Origin: an uncultured Leptolyngbya sp.
GTDB lineage: Bacteria > Cyanobacteriota > Cyanobacteriia > Leptolyngbyales > Leptolyngbyaceae
Reading direction: 5' to 3'
Assembly: GCA_964242045.1 (NCBI GenBank)
Contig: CAXTDB010000003.1
Coordinates: 1 to 50,362 of the forward strand
DNA: 50,362 bases
Shown here: in pieces, positions 48,032-50,362 of the stretch
Position numbering within the stretch: the stretch's first letter is position 1
Layout: every line of letters begins with the position of its first letter
Made by a program: the position numbers and the translations under genes
The notes under the pieces: model-generated
What the model was told of the DNA's origin: nothing
The model's input: only the letters and a program-made list of their open reading frames with translations
Databases searched by the model: none

Positions 48032-48041
48032 TACCATTATC

Positions 48042-50006
48042 ATGAGTGATCCATTCAATGAACAAACTGCTGTTACAGGTGTTAATATTGGTGGAAACGC
48101 TGAGATAAATGTTAACCAGAACATCAACCAATATTCACACCTAACTCAAGAAGAACTGACGGAGATCCATTTTCGGAAGAAATTGCTCACCAGAGTTAAG
48201 GACGATTGGTTATATATGCTACAACAACCATTGTCTGAAGCGACAATTAAGCTTGAACTAAAAACGCGGTTTGATCTAGTAAAGAATCCATTTGGTGATG
48301 AACAAGACAAGATTGATAGACCAAACACAACTACAAACATCAAGGACATTTTCAGTCAATGGCACGATGGGCAGCGCCTATTAATTTTAGGAGTTCCTGG
48401 AGCAGGTAAAACAATAACGCTGTTGCAACTAGCAGAAAAATTCTATAACGCGATCATTGAGGATGCTGACAAAAACGTTCTGGAAAAGCCGATTCCAGTA
48501 CTGTTTCATTTATCCTCATGGAAATTTGGGCAGTCCATCGGAGAGTGGATAGTTCAAGAACTGTCTAATAAGTACGGTTTTTCTAAACAAGCAGAAAGTT
48601 GGGTTAGAGATCGAAGGCTACTCTTATTGTTGGATGGTTTTGATCAGGTGGAGGCTGAGCATCAGCAAAATTGTGCTGAAGAAATTAATAAGTTTGGAGC
48701 AAGCGATATCGTAGTGTGTAGCCGAAGAAAACCATATATGGTTCTTTCTAAGGATACTCGTTTGAATATTGGTCATGCTGTCTGCATTGAACCTTTAACA
48801 TCTATTCAAATTAGTAAGTACTTAGAAACATCAAATAAGCTAAACGTTAAGCAAGTACTTGTCGAAGACAAATATCTGAGAGAGATGGCTGAAACTCCTT
48901 TTTGGCTCAGAATACTAACTGATGTAGATGAACACTTACCTAGAAAAGGTTCATCGAAGGAGCGCAAAGAGAAATTATTTAATGAATATATTAAAACAAG
49001 ATTTGATAGAGTTGATAAATTGAAATATGATAAGACAAAGACAATTAAGTGGCTGTCTTGGCTGGCATCTAAGTCTAAATCAGTTTTCCTGATTGAGGAG
49101 ATTCAGCCCTCATGGTTAACAAAAAACCAGAAGAAGCTTTATTTAGGAACAATTCTATCTATTGGGTTACTTTTAGGGCTTATAAGTGGAATCCCTTATG
49201 GAGTCGTCATCAATTTCTATATCTCATACTCTTTAGCATTATCAGAAGGCTCGCTTAAAAATGGAATAATTTTAGGAATTGTTGCTGGAGTTATTCTTGG
49301 AACTGCTGTCCCATACTCTTTGAGGTTACACAAACTCCCGATAAAAACACATAAAGAAGTGTTTTTATCTTGGAGAGAAGCCCAAAATACTGTTAAAAAT
49401 CACATAGGAACAAGCATAAGAGAAGCAGTAGGAATAGGAGGCTTAGTATTCTTGTTTTGCTTCTTAGTTCTTTCTAAATTTTGCCCTCAACATATCAGCC
49501 CGCTGATGGGGTTAATCTTTGCTGTTTTTTTTGGATTAGTTACGCTGATATCGCGATTATTAAGTAATAGCTTAGTCGAAAGAAAGGACGTGAAAACGTT
49601 AAAGCCAAACCAAGGTATCTTTGAATCAAAGAAGACCGCTTGTATAGTTGCAAAAATAACTTCGCTAATTTTAGCAACAATTAATACGCTATGGATTCTA
49701 GTTTTTCACCGCAATCCTCTTGATAAATTACCCGTTACAGTTATGCTCGGACTATGCAGCGCAGCAATTACAGGAATAGTTGTCGCGTGTATACATGATA
49801 GCGGTAGAGCTTGCCAACAACATCTCGCTTTACGAATCGTTCTTTATCTAACTGGCAATATTCCCTGGGATTACGAAGATTTTCTTAACTACGTTAGTGA
49901 ATCCAACAAACTTAATTTTTTGAATAGAGTCGGTGGTAGCTATCAATTTCAGGGTCTATTTAAACAATATCTCGCATCTCTGAGGCGCAATCAGAAGAAC
50001 GGGTAG
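48042..50006 (+). CDS. NACHT NTPase (NLR-like) with an N-terminal amyloid-like motif and a C-terminal multi-TM region
   Basis: Walker A GVPGAGKT, Walker B LLLLDGFDQ, VVCSR and TPFWL; about 5-6 TM helices; IPWDY..FL...RVGGSYQF tail; N-terminal NEQTAVTGVNIGGNAEINVNQ. Confidence 0.9.
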   Translation: MSDPFNEQTAVTGVNIGGNAEINVNQNINQYSHLTQEELTEIHFRKKLLTRVKDDWLYMLQQPLSEATIKLELKTRFDLVKNPFGDEQDKIDRPNTTTNIKDIFSQWHDGQRLLILGVPGAGKTITLLQLAEKFYNAIIEDADKNVLEKPIPVLFHLSSWKFGQSIGEWIVQELSNKYGFSKQAESWVRDRRLLLLLDGFDQVEAEHQQNCAEEINKFGASDIVVCSRRKPYMVLSKDTRLNIGHAVCIEPLTSIQISKYLETSNKLNVKQVLVEDKYLREMAETPFWLRILTDVDEHLPRKGSSKERKEKLFNEYIKTRFDRVDKLKYDKTKTIKWLSWLASKSKSVFLIEEIQPSWLTKNQKKLYLGTILSIGLLLGLISGIPYGVVINFYISYSLALSEGSLKNGIILGIVAGVILGTAVPYSLRLHKLPIKTHKEVFLSWREAQNTVKNHIGTSIREAVGIGGLVFLFCFLVLSKFCPQHISPLMGLIFAVFFGLVTLISRLLSNSLVERKDVKTLKPNQGIFESKKTACIVAKITSLILATINTLWILVFHRNPLDKLPVTVMLGLCSAAITGIVVACIHDSGRACQQHLALRIVLYLTGNIPWDYEDFLNYVSESNKLNFLNRVGGSYQFQGLFKQYLASLRRNQKNG

Positions 50007-50362
50007 GCTCTCTCAGCACCCGTCCTCGCCATGTCCAACCCCAGCCTGTCTCAGTTTTAACAACTGAAACAACAGCCATACTTGCCACTAATAATCCACC
50101 TAAGCTATGTAGCCACCAGTATCTTGGAGGGCTGTGCAATGCTTCTGTTACTAGTGTCCGCAACTTATATTGAAGAACTATCGCTATTAAAGCTATTCCA
50201 AGGGAGAGCCAGTCAATCGATTCTAAGCCAACATCAATACTTCTTTTAAGGATAATCATTAGCCCCAACCAGGGAACAGAGTAGATAATTAGCATTACCA
50301 TAACTAGTACTACAGTTGTAGATTTGGATTCGCTACAATAGAGGCAGAACAAGCATTTCAAG
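49960..50362 (-). CDS. C-terminal membrane part of a family 2 glycosyltransferase (partial at the window edge, possibly a remnant)
   Basis: TM helices ending YWWL...KTETGWGWTWRGR, typical of cyanobacterial GT2 C-termini; the catalytic domain is not in the window. Confidence 0.65.
   Translation of the reverse strand, partial: LKCLFCLYCSESKSTTVVLVMVMLIIYSVPWLGLMIILKRSIDVGLESIDWLSLGIALIAIVLQYKLRTLVTEALHSPPRYWWLHSLGGLLVASMAVVSVVKTETGWGWTWRGRVLREPTRSSDCASEMRDIV

Noticed and set aside
1-50362. Frequent GCGATCGC/CGATCG palindromes as a novel repeat
   Set aside because: This is the well-known cyanobacterial HIP1; useful only as a host and composition marker.

Overview
This window is cyanobacterial DNA: the HIP1 octamer GCGATCGC is frequent, and XisH/XisI, Uma2 and Rpn genes are present. 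It looks like part of a large plasmid or an integrated plasmid-like element. From left to right: a decayed DDE transposase; an SDR / HMA-EamA / MarR-fusion module; an inactivated XRE gene; and a tyrosine recombinase with a perfect 13-6-13 palindrome. Next is a 12-kb co-oriented defence island (type I R-M hsdM-hsdS, xisH-xisI, DUF433-PIN toxin-antitoxin, hsdR, then a Lamassu/ABC-three-component system), followed by parAB and YhcG. A parM-led operon ends in membrane proteins and a TM-ATPase-winged-helix protein followed by CCGGAT repeats, a possible TraB/clt-like transfer module. A putative replication module follows (Rep-like protein, iteron-like region, primase-helicase). The right part holds a di-heme peroxidase / DAHL kinase / sugar-binding protein signalling locus, a killer-toxin-like gene and cell-wall enzymes. 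The strongest candidate for a new system is at 47.6-50.0 kb. A 151-aa helical protein ends in two 22-aa amyloid-like repeats, and the adjacent membrane-anchored NACHT protein begins with one copy of the same motif, the layout of NLR amyloid signalling. All family calls come from reading motifs by eye; no searches were run.
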